Source of the DNA: Paraspadella gotoi
Taxonomy: Eukaryota; Animalia; Chaetognatha
Direction: 5' to 3'
Assembly (NCBI GenBank): GCA_051294375.1
Contig: CM119268.1
Coordinates: forward strand, 1,586,549-1,650,548
DNA: 64,000 nt
The position numbers and the translations under genes are program-made. This document shows, in pieces, positions 51,813 through 64,000 of this stretch (position 1 is its first letter; the number at the start of each line of letters is the position of its first letter). Under the pieces are notes generated by a model. That model worked only from the letters and a program-made list of their open reading frames with translations. It ran no database searches and was not told the DNA's origin.

Positions 51813-52126
51813 TGTGGATAAGGCGCTAAGTGGGCTGTCGAAGATGACTATCTCGCTAACTTTCTTTAACCCCCTCTAGCAGCTATGGAACTGGGTCCTG
51901 GGCTTGGAACCAGGGGCTTTGATGGGTTTTCCACGCCCCCAAGGACAGGCCTTTACGGGCCGTCCTCACACTTCCGCCAGAGTAGGTACCGGGTTTGCGG
52001 TAAATTGAACCCACTGGTACCTAGTGGTCTTGATGGCTTTACTTTCAATGAGCCACCGTGAGTAAAGGACTGAAGGTGTTCATGCTCCTTAGAGGCGCGT
52101 GGTGAACTTTGCTATTGCCGACTACA
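51813..52126. mobile_element. Candidate solo LTR (314 bp) with 4-bp TSD
   Basis: TGT...ACA termini flanked by GAAA on both sides; empty site in the other duplicate at ~49950-49962; related partial sequence in reverse orientation at ~30230-30345. Confidence 0.55.
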
Positions 52127-52293
52127 GAAAGAGCTGCACACAATCTGTTAAACGCAGAAGAATAGTTAGAATACATCAGTTGCTGTAATTATATGAAATA
52201 GAGTATATAATTTCTCAAAAACGTTGCTTAGCTAGTTGTAAAACACTTGGCCTCAAGCCCCACTTTTTGCTTTTCAATTTATTTCTCTTCTCT

Positions 52294-52338
<45 letters not shown>

Positions 52339-53682
52339 GTCACCTTTCGTTTGATATATTCCCCCAACGTTTCAGGTTGATTTTTCTTTTTTTCCGTTTT
52401 TTTTATTTGTTCCGACTCATCAAGAATCACTTTTTCTGTAATATGATACCAAAAGTGTGGATATTATCTCCTAGTTTTTATTTACGTTTATGCTTTTTTA
52501 ACTTACAAATTCCAAATGTTCTAATCATACGAACCCTTATTCCCGAAAGGGGTAAGGGCCAACTCGCGTTTAAACTTACCCACGTTGAATCTCATCGGCG
52601 AAACCGAGACGAAGAGGAAAACAACAACAACAACTAGGATCAACTTCATTTAGATTTTGAGTCCAAAACATGGAAAAAACATGGAGAAACATGGAATCGG
52701 TTCAAGTATTTAATCACTTGTTCGATAGATGGCTCGTTCTTTTCAGTTCATTACGATAATTAAAGGGGAAAACTCGTTGGTCGAGTCGAGTCGAGTCGCC
52801 GGTCGCTTTCCAAGTCTTCGAATGATTTGAGATTAGATCGAACAAAAACTTCGACGTTGGAGATTCTCGACGCACGTGACAACTCCAGCGATGCGTAGTC
52901 GAGTTTGTCCATGAAGTTAAGAGGCGCGGGTGGACGCTCTGGCATCGAACGATGCCTAATTCATTCTCGCAACATTTCATTTGATTTATTTATTAAGTAT
53001 TATTATATAAATATTATTGATAAGATAACGGATGACATTATTATATGTAAATACTAAAACGGTAAAAAAGATAAATTTCAATAGACACGTTAAAAATATT
53101 ACGAAATACAAAGAAGATCCCAAAAAAAGTAAATCGTTTTTGCCAAACAGGTTTTATCACGTGCGAGTAAAGGCCGTCCACAGAAAAGGCATGAAAATAA
53201 AAATTGGAAATATTACATCAAATTAAATCAATGTAAGTCTGATCTTGAATCATAAAATACCTAAACATAATGGATCCTAAGATGCTATATTTAGCAGTGA
53301 TCCTAAACACGTTGAAAATGCTGCCTTCCTTCAAATCCCAGATTGAAAATTCTTCCGTCACGCTAGCTTAACACGCGTTTAATCCATTCGTACGATATTA
53401 CAATTCTGTGAGCTAATCGAGTTTGATTTGACTGACTCGTCGAGCCACTTATGTCACGATCCGCATTTAATTGTTATCGATGATCGACCGAGCCGCGACC
53501 GATCACTTGACGATCCACGGAGCCAAAACCGATCACTTCAGCTCTTTTGATTCTCCCTATCGAAAAAGAAAAAAAACTGGTTTTGATTCTTTTGAAGCCA
53601 CACGTGATTGCGGCGCTGAGAACGCTTGGGGTCATTGGCCACACACACGGACGCACACACACACACAAAAGGGCAACGTTAG

Positions 53683-53910
53683 CCCATTTCGGCCTTATGC
53701 CCAAATGCCCAAATTTATCTTAAATTTGGAATTAAGTTAAATTTTTTTGTTGTAGACGAGGTTAATTGTTATAGTTAAGAATTAGGATTAGGGTTAAGGA
53801 TTAAGGTTCAGGGTTAAGTATTAGGATTAGGGTTTAGAATTGGTTTATTAGTTTAAAAATAAATATTCAAGTTAAAATTCAATTCTTTCGGAAAAGAGAG
53901 CCGAAATGGG
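53683..53910. mobile_element. MITE-like element with 11-bp inverted repeats and internal TTAGGG-like tract
   Basis: CCCATTTCGGC 53683-53693 / GCCGAAATGGG 53900-53910; degenerate ttaggattagggttaagg tract at ~53782-53837. Confidence 0.45.
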
Positions 53911-53933
53911 AGCGGTGAAATTTACATATTTTC

Positions 53934-54138
53934 TGAAGAGACAGTAATTATTGTTAGTGACAGAACCGTTTAATATAATCAGTCCCTGAGCTTCGGATCA
54001 GGCTGTAATACTATGTTACAGGCGGGTTAAGCGCCCCGTCCCTCTTAAATTCTCGGAACCCCGAACCTTTGGGTTGGGACTTGCTTGCTGCACCAATGGC
54101 CGCTGATGAACTGTTGGAGGATTTTAGTCCACCATAAT
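53934..54138 (-). mobile_element. Copy of the 5460-5692 element with small internal deletions
   Basis: TGAAGAGACAG...GGATTTTAGTCCACCATAAT ends are conserved. Confidence 0.75.
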
Positions 54139-55192
54139 CCTTTAGAAAAGAATTGAAACGTCACGTGACCAAGTAGTAGTCGATTAATTCTGCCATCCAT
54201 CTCATCTATTTAAATTTAAATTGACATTTTTTTTTACGCGATAAGCAATATAAACAATAGTTCCCCGTTCATATAATTCTTCTTTTCCCCGGACGTAATA
54301 ACATAATAAATTGACACAAACTAATTAAACCTGGATTCTAACAAAAAGGAAGATTTACGCGCGATGCTCTTTTATTTCCTTTCTTGTCCTTTAGTAGTCG
54401 CCATTTGTTTTTGTTTTTGTTTTTTTTTTTAAATCAAAACAGTTTTTTGTTGATGATTCTTTCTCCTATTTTTTTTTCAGACGCGCCAAGTTTTATTAAA
54501 AATCTTTTCACTTTTTAAATCTATTTTTTCTCTCTCTCTCTCTTTTAGAAAAACTTTAAAAAAATTAGGAAATCGGATAAAATGAAAAACCGAGGCGAAT
54601 ACAGCGGGGAGCAGATAAAGCGACAAGGAATGAAACTCTGCGAAAAGCGTTTCAATGAAAGTCAACGTCTTTTGTTTTCGGAGAGAAAAACGCGAGACTT
54701 TCGCCACCTAGCGAGTGCGACGCGAGGCGACGCGAGACGAGAATTTTAACTCGGGGATTTCAAACGCCCTGTCGCTGTGACCCCGTACGAGACATTATAA
54801 ACGAAATTAAATAAATAAAATAAATAAATAAAATACCATAAAGTCCGACTTATTGCGCTCAACTGTTAACGTCGCATCGAGGATTACGTCGACGTTAAGG
54901 ATGTGATTTAAAAAAAAAGGATTTAATTGGAAAACACAAAATGACCCGGATGTACAATTAACCAACACAAGTAACCCCGGATGTAATTATGAAAACCACA
55001 ATGTTAAAATTTGAAACGAAGCAAACACCGAACGGAGTTTTGATATCCGCTTAAAAAAAATAAATTTCGCGAAAATTAGATATTTAAAAAAAACCTTGAA
55101 AAAAAAATTATTTTTATTTTTTCTTACAATCTAATTTGTATTAATTTTCACGAATTTGGAAAAAAAAAATAAATAAAAGCGTAACCGCAAGG

Positions 55193-55361
55193 ATGCAGCG
55201 CGCGTTTAAGAAAAAAGTGGACAAGATCCAACAATCGGTCTCCAACACTTTTTCTCGATCTTCGGCCAAATCGGATCACGTGATCTCTGAGGAACTTCTC
55301 TGCCTCGACAAACGAGTCGACCTTTTGCACAACGTCTGCAAGGAAACCGTCAAGAAGTTGG
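55193..55361 (+). CDS. ARHGAP17/44: First coding exon of an N-BAR RhoGAP (RICH family: ARHGAP17/ARHGAP44/SH3BP1)
   Basis: MQRAFKKKVDKIQQSVSNTFSRSSAKSDHVISEELLCLDKRVDLLHNVCKETVKKL aligns with the RICH N-terminus as recalled (MKKQFNRMKQLANQTVGRAEKTEVLSEDLLQIERRLDTVRSIC...KRL). Donor G|GTGAGG at 55362. Later exons were not identified in the window. Confidence 0.75.
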
Positions 55362-55947
55362 GTGAGGAAAGAAATTATGGATTGTTGTTGTTGTCTTTGT
55401 TGTTTCAATTGTGGTTTCCATGCACTGTAAGCTAAAGCCGCGTCTGCCCGATTAATGACTGGCGAAAGTTTGAGTTGTGGCGACCGCTTTTTATAAATTC
55501 TTTTTTTTTTAGAGATCTTTGATATACACTTTTATTTTTAGTTTTATACTCCTTCGATATGCAGTGTACAGTATGCAATGTGCACCATGCAGTATGTTCT
55601 CCTAATCTAACTAGACTCAATTGTTTAACACAGCGAGAGGAAAGGAGAAATTTTAAAACACGGATAAACCTTGCAATTGTAGATATTTTTTTTGATTCCC
55701 ATCTTTTTAATTTTTGTTTTCTTTCTAAAACTTTTTTTTTCTTATCAAAATTGATGTTTTTTTTCCACCGCCATCTGGAAATCGCTGTAAACAAAATTTA
55801 CAATCAACATTAATTTCATTTCATTTTCTAAATATTTTTTTCTTTATTTTTTTTTCAATTGAATTCTTTGAAAAAATTATGAAAGTAGAAAAAGAGAGAA
55901 TGGAGAAGAGGAAATCAGGAGAAAGAGATTAAGGAGAATAATGAAAA

Positions 55948-55986
<39 letters not shown>

Positions 55987-56288
55987 TGCGTAAAGACAAA
56001 TCTCCCGAGGAAAGAAAATTCCTTTGTTTTTCTTTCTTTTTTTTTCTTTTCGTTAACCTTCCCCTTTTTTCTTTTTTTTAAATTTCTCTTCCGATATTTT
56101 TTCCTCTCTTATTCTCTATTCCTCTCTTATTCTCTATTCCTCTCTCTTTTTTTTCTTTTCTTTCTTGTTCTTCTCATTTCTCTTCGTTTCTCGTTAAGAT
56201 TTAATTGATTTTTCCTTTTTTTTCACTTGTTTTACTTTTATCCTTCTTTATGAAGGAGTCTTTCTTCCTTTCTTTCTTTTTTCTCCCC

Positions 56289-56517
56289 GCGCATGCGCAA
56301 AGGGTGTTGTCAAGATTAAGGGGTTGTTCGTCGGGCGAAAGAAATAGGAAGATTGCGTTGATTGCTTGACAATGCTTGATTGGTTCGACAAAGGGAAGAA
56401 ATAAACGTTCGATGAATTGAGAGCCAAGCTAAAATTTCAGCGGCGGTAATCGTCAGTAATCGAAAGTTGAAGCATCGGCTCATCAAAAATCGATTGTAAT
56501 TCCGTTGCTATGGAAAC
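56289..56517. promoter_or_regulatory. Promoter-like motif cluster: NRF1-type site, inverted CCAAT, RFX X-box
   Basis: GCGCATGCGC 56289-56298; GATTGG at ~56378; GTTGCTATGGAAAC 56504-56517. Confidence 0.45.
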
Positions 56518-56734
56518 GACAGTTCGAAAGAATTCCATCCCTTAAAAAAAATTTTTTTTTAAATTAAACAAAAAAAAAAACCCGAGTTCGTTCACCGGAA
56601 TTGAAACGGAGATAAAATCTTCACCGCTCGCTCGCGCACTCTTCAAAAAAGTTTTAAAAATCCTTTATGCAAAGAGGGCATCGACGACGAAGTGACAGGC
56701 GGAAAGCGTTAAAAAATGGCAGAAGGAGAGAGAT

Positions 56735-56767
<33 letters not shown>

Positions 56768-56934
56768 AGAAGAGAGAGAGAGAAGAGAGAGACAGAGAGA
56801 AGAGAAACGAGAGAGCAATCGTGGAAACTAAAGTTTGGGAAGTATCCCAATATACTTTTATAATTTCGACAGTTTTCGAAATTTATTCATAGGCGACAAG
56901 TATCGGGGGATATAAAAGTTTCTCAGTGAGTGAC

Positions 56935-56975
<41 letters not shown>

Positions 56976-57009
56976 AGACGTAGAAGGAGAAGGGCGGAAG
57001 AGAAGAGGA

Positions 57010-57049
<40 letters not shown>

Positions 57050-57944
57050 TGTTTCATAACGAGTTGGTTCTCGCCTCATTACTTGTAATAGTTAGGTTAG
57101 CCTTTTTTTTTTTAAATGTTTTTTCTCTTCATTTTTCTTTTTCTTTCCTATCTTTTTTTCCTCTCTATTTTTTCTTTCCTCTCTATTTTTTATTTCCTCT
57201 CTATTTTCTTTTTGTCCACCAGCTTCTGGTTAACCATTCCAGCTACTTTCCTTCTCGGCCTCATCACTCTGTCCTAAACGAAACCAACTTAACCTTTGCC
57301 TTTCGCCCTTTTCCTTCCCCTATCTTTTCATCTCTCCCTCCCATTTCCTTCCTCCCTTCCTCCCTCTCCCCTCTCTCTCCCTTCCTCCCTCTCCTTCTCT
57401 CCCTTTTANNNNNNNNNNNNNNNNNNNNNNNNNNNNNNNNNNNNNNNNNNNNNNNNNNNNNNNNNNNNNNNNNNNNNNNNNNNNNNNNNNNNNNNNNNNN
57501 NNNNNNNNCATCATTGTTAAATAGTTTTAAATATTTAGTTAATTGTTCGAATTAATATCGGTATTTAATAGGATATACCATAACGTTACTAACGCTTAAA
57601 TTCTCAAACTCGATCCCTCTATTCTATGATTTCAATTGGTTGATATTTAGTTCTTCCATCTGATTGGACAGAGACCTTTCTGTAATCCAATGTATTGAGC
57701 TATATTCGTCAAAAGTCGAAGTCGTTTTTAAATTGGTTGATGATGATGTTAATGATGACGACGATCAAAATTGCGATGATGGGTTAGAGGCCGAAGGGTG
57801 TGAATTGTGACAAACGTGAATTACTAGGGATGGTGTGATTTGATGTCAAGTGAATCTCTTGTAATTTCGAGGAAATCTGGAAAAAAAAATCTCGAGGCAT
57901 CCGTAGATTGATTAATATAAAGCGATGCCAAAAAAAAATGACAT

Positions 57945-58525
57945 TGGGAAATGAATTGAAAACGAACGAAATAATTAATGAGATTGAGAAACGAATTAAA
58001 AACGAACAAAATAAGGAATGAGATTGAGAAACGAATTGAAAATGAACGAAATAAGGAATGAGATTGCGAAAGGAATTGAAAACAAACAAAATAAGGAATG
58101 AGATTAAGAAATGAGATTGAGAAACGAATTGAAAATGAATGAAATAAGGAATGAGATTAAGAAATGAGATTAAGAAACTAATTGAAAACGAACAAAATAA
58201 GGAATGAGATTGAGAAACAAATTGAAAATGAATGAAATAAGGAATGATATTGAGAAATGAATTGAAAATGAATGAAATAAGGAATGAGATTGAGAAATGA
58301 GATTGAGAAACGAATTGAAAATGAATGAAATAAGGAATGAGATTGAGAAATTAGATTGAAAAATGAATTGAAAACGAACGAAATAAGGAATGAGATTTAG
58401 AAATTAATTAAAAACGAATGAAAAAAGGAATAAGATTGAGAAATGAGATTGAGAAACAAATTGCAAACAAACAAAATAAGAAATGAGATTGAGAAATGAA
58501 TTGAAAATGAACGAAATAAGGAATT
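57945..58525 (+). repeat. ~40-bp minisatellite (GAAATAAGGAATGAGATTGAGAAACGAATTGAAAATGAAC) with 12-bp sub-duplications
   Basis: More than 10 visible tandem units. Confidence 0.85.
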
Positions 58526-58633
58526 TCTTGAAAGTGAAAGGAAGGGAGATAGAGAATAAGACATAACAGGTTCCAAACTAAAAGAAGTCGGGTATAAATA
58601 TTGTTTGTATTATTATTATTATTATTATTATTA

Positions 58634-58710
<77 letters not shown>

Positions 58711-59385
58711 GTATTTATTAAAGATCATGAAAATAAAATAAAATAAAATAAAATAAAATTTAACATCATAAGTCAATTTGGTTGTAAAAGAACACTCTAT
58801 TTTTATTTTATGTCTCCTCTCTCTCTCTCTCTCACTCACTCTCTCTCTCTCTCTCTCTCTTTTTCTGCAATTGCGACGATCTTTATGCTTTTCAGATTTT
58901 TTTTAACTTGCATCATTTTTTCACATTAATTAATTAATAATTAATTCATTAATTAATTAAAACATTTATTAGTATCATTAATATTAAAGATTCAAGTAAA
59001 TTGTGACTTATGTTTTTTCCATCTAACTCATTTCCCCTGGCACATTTCCGTCAATACTTTATATATTATTATATATTAATAAATATTTAAAAGCTTCAGT
59101 GCAACAACCCAATGAACTAATTCAAAAAGTTATATTGAAAATCGATTTAGTAGTAAAAGGAAAAAAAAAAATTTAAAGAGAACTAAAGTTATAAAAGTGT
59201 TCAATTTGGCCCGCCTTACTAGATATTAGGCCTTACTAGATATATTGCATGTGATTAAACAATGTTATCGGAATAATAATTTATCATTTTATGTATTTTG
59301 TAAGTATTTTAAGTATTTTATTCAGCGAGGTAAAATAACAACTTTTTTATTCGCTAATTTTTATCTCGGACTCTCTCTCTTTCTA

Positions 59386-59422
<37 letters not shown>

Positions 59423-59479
59423 AATTGCGACGATCCTTATGCTCATTTTACTGCTCTCTCTCTCTCTCTCTCTCTCTCT

Positions 59480-60594
59480 TTGCAATTGCGACGATCCTTA
59501 TGCTTTTAGGATTTTTTTAACTTGTATCATTTTTCTGCTTCAAGTAAATGTGACTTAGGTTTTTTCCATTTAAACTCATTTCCACTGGCACAATTCCGTC
59601 AAAACTTTATATCTAGCTTTTCACACACTTTCCTACCCGCTCACAAAATTGATCTCAATCTATTATGGGTTAAAATAAGTAAAAAGATTCAAGTAAATGT
59701 GACTCATATTTTTTTCATTTAAACTCCTTCCACTCGTACGTTTCCACCGAAACTTATATCAAGCATCGATACACATTTTTCTACCCACACAAAAAAATTT
59801 GAACTCAATCTAATCCATCCAATTATGATTAATTAGAGTACTTATTGGTTAAAATAAGTAAAAAGATTTTAGTAATGCGACTTATGTTTTTTCCACTTAA
59901 ACTCATTTTCCACTCACACGATTCCGTCGAAACTTTCTATCCAGCTTTATCACACACTTTCCTACCCACACACAAAATTTCATTTCAATCCAACCAGCCA
60001 ATCACGAGTTATTGGAGCTTTTTGCTAAGGTGGGACGGATGGACGGATTGATTGACTGATTAATTAATTATTGATTAATTAATTGACTATTGATTTAATT
60101 AACTGATTAATTATTTGACTTATTAATACATCCTGCATATACATTTAATATAAAAGGAAAAAGAAGCATAATCAATAGTGAAACAGGTTTTTTGTTTTTT
60201 TCCACTCAAAGATTCCATCGAAACTTGGTTTCCTGTTCAATCACACACTTTTTACTCACATACAAAATTCCAGGTCAATCGATAATTAAGTGGTAATAAG
60301 CTATCTTGGTCAACTTGCATAATTTAATCAACTTGCATAATTTGGTTCAACTGACATAATTTGGTTAACTGACATAATTTGTCTACTGACATAATTTGGT
60401 CAACTGACATAATTTGGTCAACTGACTAATTTGATCAATTAGATAATTTGGTCAACCGGCCAAATTTGGTTAACTGGCATAATTTTATCAACTAGCCTAA
60501 TTTGGTCAACAGGCATAATTTGGTCAACTTGCAAAACTTGATTAACTTGCAGAATTTGGTCAACTGGCATAATTTGGTCAATTAGCATAATTGG

Positions 60595-60625
<31 letters not shown>

Positions 60626-61335
60626 GAGAGAGAAACTTAAAAAATTCAAATAAATGTGTCTTTTGGTTTTCTAATTTGAACTCTTTTCCACTCCTACGAT
60701 TCCATCAAAAAATTTTTATCCAGCTTTATCAACATACTTTCCTACCCACACACAAATTCAATTTCGATTATCTATCCAATTTTTAATAAACAAAATAATT
60801 ATGAGTAAATTTAAGTAAAATACTTCAAGTAAATATGACTTTTGTTTTTTCCATTTTAACTCATTTCCACTCGCTCGATTCCATCGAAACTTTATATCCG
60901 GCTCAATCACACACTTTCCTACCATCATACAAAATTTCAAGTCAATTGCACTATCCACTCATGAGCAATTGGCGTTCAAATAGAGAAATATATTTTTTGT
61001 TTTTTCCATTTAAACCAATTTCCACTCGCACGATTCCCTCGAAACTTCATATCCATCTCAATCACACAGTTTCTACCCACACACAAAATTTCATACCAAT
61101 CCATCCATCCAATCACGGGTAATTGGAGTTTTTGCTTAAGGTGGGACGGACGGACGGACGGACGGACGGACGGACAGACGGACGGACGGACATCATTTTT
61201 TTTGCATAATTTATCATAATTCGATGTTCCTGACATGATATAAGTGTGTGCCCGACAATATTGAGGGGCGGACCGACGGACCGAAAAAGTGAGTTATAGA
61301 GTCGGGATCTGCTGATAAGCAGATCCGACTAAAAA
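59480..61335 (-). mobile_element. Helentron/DINE-1-like element with internal tandem arrays (paralog of 4057-5303)
   Basis: Same ends (TGCAATTGCGACGATCCTTATGC ... GAGTTATAGAGTCGGGATCTGCTGATAAGCAGATCCGACTAAAAA); (GGAC)n at 61144-61190; extra copies of the left end at ~58866 and ~59420. Confidence 0.6.
60305..60600 (+). repeat. ~19-bp minisatellite (CAACTGACATAATTTGGT) inside the DINE-like element
   Basis: About 15 units, followed by (TCAA)n; absent from the 4057-5303 copy. Confidence 0.85.
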
Positions 61336-61609
61336 ATCACGAAGCGACGAATCAGAAAATCTTTGTATCACAAACTCGCTCCACTGATTCTCCGTCAAAA
61401 CACAAGAACTTGCGAAGCGGCTCTAAAAGTCACTTGTCGGTCAGTCGGTCGGTAGGATCCGTAGTCCGACTCATTTAAAATCGAATAATTCAAGCATACT
61501 GAGTTATTCTGTTTAATATATGGCAATATGGCATACAAGTGGCATATGTTTTAAATGTATTTGAGTTTATATGACTGATATTCATATGACAATAGTATAA
61601 ATAACTTAA

Positions 61610-61653
61610 ACCAGTCTCTTCGGAGGCGTGGGTTCGAATCCCACCGCTCACCA
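61610..61653 (+). pseudogene. 3' half of tRNA-Leu (variable arm, T arm, acceptor strand) ending in CCA
   Basis: ACCAGTCTCTTCGGAGGCGTGGGTTCGAATCCCACCGCTCACCA matches the conserved metazoan tRNA-Leu(AAG/TAG) 3' half; no D arm or A box upstream. Confidence 0.75.
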
Positions 61654-62274
61654 CATTTAAGTAAGTCGANNNNNNNNNNNNNNNNNNNNNNNNNCAGGGA
61701 TTTCAACATGAAACCAAAGTGGAATTTATTTCAGAGTATAAACAAGCGTAAGACGGTGTCAGAATTTGGAAAAGTATTTATACAGAGCCATCGGATCATC
61801 GACACGGGCTGGTTTTCCCGATGGCATGAAGCCCATCTTGTGATTGGTCGATTCCGTTGGTGATTCGCCCAATGAGAAGATGGAATCCAGCTTTCGGCGG
61901 ATTCTACCCGAGTCGTGGATCCGATTCGTATTTTTGGTTCCAATTCCATCTGCAATGTGAAATTGGTACAACCAAAATAAAAATTATCCATGTAATACCG
62001 ATCAATACAGTCAGGACATGTGTCATCAAACGTTTGTTGTTAAAACTGATATCATCACGTGACCAGCTTAGGATCCGATCAGGTATAGAGTAAGTGAATT
62101 CGGCGCGATACTTTGGAATTGCTGTTCCATCTTCGATTATCAATGAAACTGATAACTGATAACTGATAAGACTTATTGTTCCACTCGAATCACTCGCGCT
62201 GATTTGCATTGCATATTTCCAATCCCGTAATACCGCGATTTTCGAAACAACGACGATGACTATGACCGAGAATA

Positions 62275-62314
<40 letters not shown>

Positions 62315-62432
62315 CAAGGAAACTGATTTCCATGATTCTTCCATTAGGAAGGAACCTTCTTCCAACGAAGGCTCCTCGCCCCAGTGTATCCGCCCTTCAG
62401 TGCTTGTAGCTAATGAACAAGCTCTCGGCCTC

Positions 62433-62499
<67 letters not shown>

Positions 62500-62588
62500 T
62501 CTCCCTTCAACTCGGATCTCGATAGAAAATTTCAGGTCTTGTCAATTGAAAGGGATGAAGAGAGAGAGGAGAGAGGGAGTGAGAGAGA

Positions 62589-62652
<64 letters not shown>

Positions 62653-62821
62653 TTGAGAACTTCATCTTTTACAATTTTTGCATCTTTTAAAATCTTGTTT
62701 CAGCGACGTCGGCATTTTGTTTGACTTTGACTGAAAAACACGAAGATTTAGTCAAAAAAAACAATAAAATTTTATATCTATTTGATTTCTAAATCTTCTC
62801 GTCAAACACACTTCTTATAGT

Positions 62822-62882
<61 letters not shown>

Positions 62883-63292
62883 CTCAAGTTAGTTGATATT
62901 CGTACCAGAATTAACTATTTTGTCATTCATCCTGGATACAAGCAAATTGTTTGTTATTTGGTTTGTTTGTTGTTTAATACATGTATACTATCTCATACTA
63001 TCAATTGTTGATTGTCATTTCGTTTTTAAACTTTTTATATTTCTCTTTCGTTCTCATTTCCCAGCCCTAATTTTTTCAATATTTCAATAAAACTTTCGTG
63101 ATGGTTTATTGTTTATCTTATACGAGATTATAGTTTATAGTAATAAAATAAACACTGGTTATGGTTTTTAGGTGTTATGTGGATCTTTGCATTTTTATTC
63201 TCCAAAAAAACCATTAAGTCGAATAGATCAAGAGAATAAAGAGAAGAGAAAAAAAGATCAGGAAATCGTTGACACCACTCGGACTTACAACC

Positions 63293-63385
<93 letters not shown>

Positions 63386-63511
63386 ATTTCTCGGCTCGTA
63401 ATCCAATGTCACCTTTGAATCATGAGCAATACTTTTTTCTTTCTTTTTTTGCCTCCGACTTGAACTCAAAAAAAACGGGAAAACTTAGGATATAGAAAGA
63501 ATAATAACTGA

Positions 63512-63573
<62 letters not shown>

Positions 63574-63843
63574 AGAGGAGAAGAGAGAGAGAGAATGAGA
63601 GAGAAATGACGAAAGAGAATAATAACCAATGGTAGAAGAAAAAGAATATATGGTTAAAGTAGAAAAGGAGAGAAGAAAGAAAAAGAAAAATAGAAGAAAA
63701 GTGGAAAAGAGAGAGGGAGACAAATTGAGAAAAGATAATCGTTAGATTAAGAAGGGGAAAGGAACGAATAGAGACAGAGTGAGTCGAAGAGTGGGAGAGA
63801 GGGAAAATCTTTAAAGGTGTAACGGAGTCCGTAAAGAAATGGA

Positions 63844-63887
<44 letters not shown>

Positions 63888-63901
63888 TCTCTCTCTCTCT
63901 C

Positions 63902-63954
<53 letters not shown>

Positions 63955-64000
63955 TCTCTACTTTTTCTCTCTCTCTGTCTCTCTCTCTCTCTGCGGCCGA

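Larger units (their letters stand above)
49929..53487 (+). repeat. Tandem duplicate pair ~49929-51488 and ~51786-53487 either side of a 25-N gap
   Basis: Shared gagctgcacacaatctgttaaacg ... tgtcacgatccg. The copies differ by many indels and by a 314-bp insertion. Confidence 0.85.

Noticed and set aside
53933-54115. Hammerhead ribozyme from the CTGAAGA/CTGATGA motifs in the dispersed element
   Set aside because: No GAAA immediately closing a stem II and no stem I/III pairing found by eye.
57945-60600. Regularly spaced repeats as a CRISPR-like array
   Set aside because: Head-to-tail units with no unique spacers, in a eukaryotic context.
61904-62365. 153-aa minus-strand ORF with a hydrophobic segment
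   Set aside because: Includes a (GTC)n tract, its end shares sequence with a repeat at ~35136-35170, and no splice or homology support was recognised.

Overview
Scaffold from a draft, gap-rich assembly of an AT-rich invertebrate metazoan, full of (GA)n/(CT)n microsatellites. Supportable genes: (1) a complete two-exon macin-family antimicrobial peptide gene (19044-19491, +; 96 aa, 10 Cys in the mature peptide); (2) a multi-exon, uncharacterised Cys-rich protein gene on the minus strand (~45761-48194, one GC-AG intron) plus a further Cys-rich exon at 51460-51631; (3) the first coding exon of an N-BAR RhoGAP of the ARHGAP17/44 family (55193-55361, +); (4) a poorly resolved minus-strand gene with a Thr/Pro-rich exon present in two copies. 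Much of the window is redundant: ~2.9-10.6 kb recurs inverted at ~10.9-18.8 kb with systematic T->G substitution (source of the GC-rich block and its long spurious ORFs) and again inverted at ~20.3-26.6 kb; 19.8-35.3 kb recurs at 35.3-43.9 kb; 49.9-51.5 kb recurs at 51.8-53.5 kb. These copies abut 25-N gaps and carry long-read-type indels, so most are probably gap-filling or haplotype artefacts. Repeats include Helentron/DINE-1-like elements, an element with a tRNA-like core, a candidate solo LTR with a visible empty site, minisatellites and a tRNA-Leu 3' fragment. All calls are from reading by eye; no database search was run.
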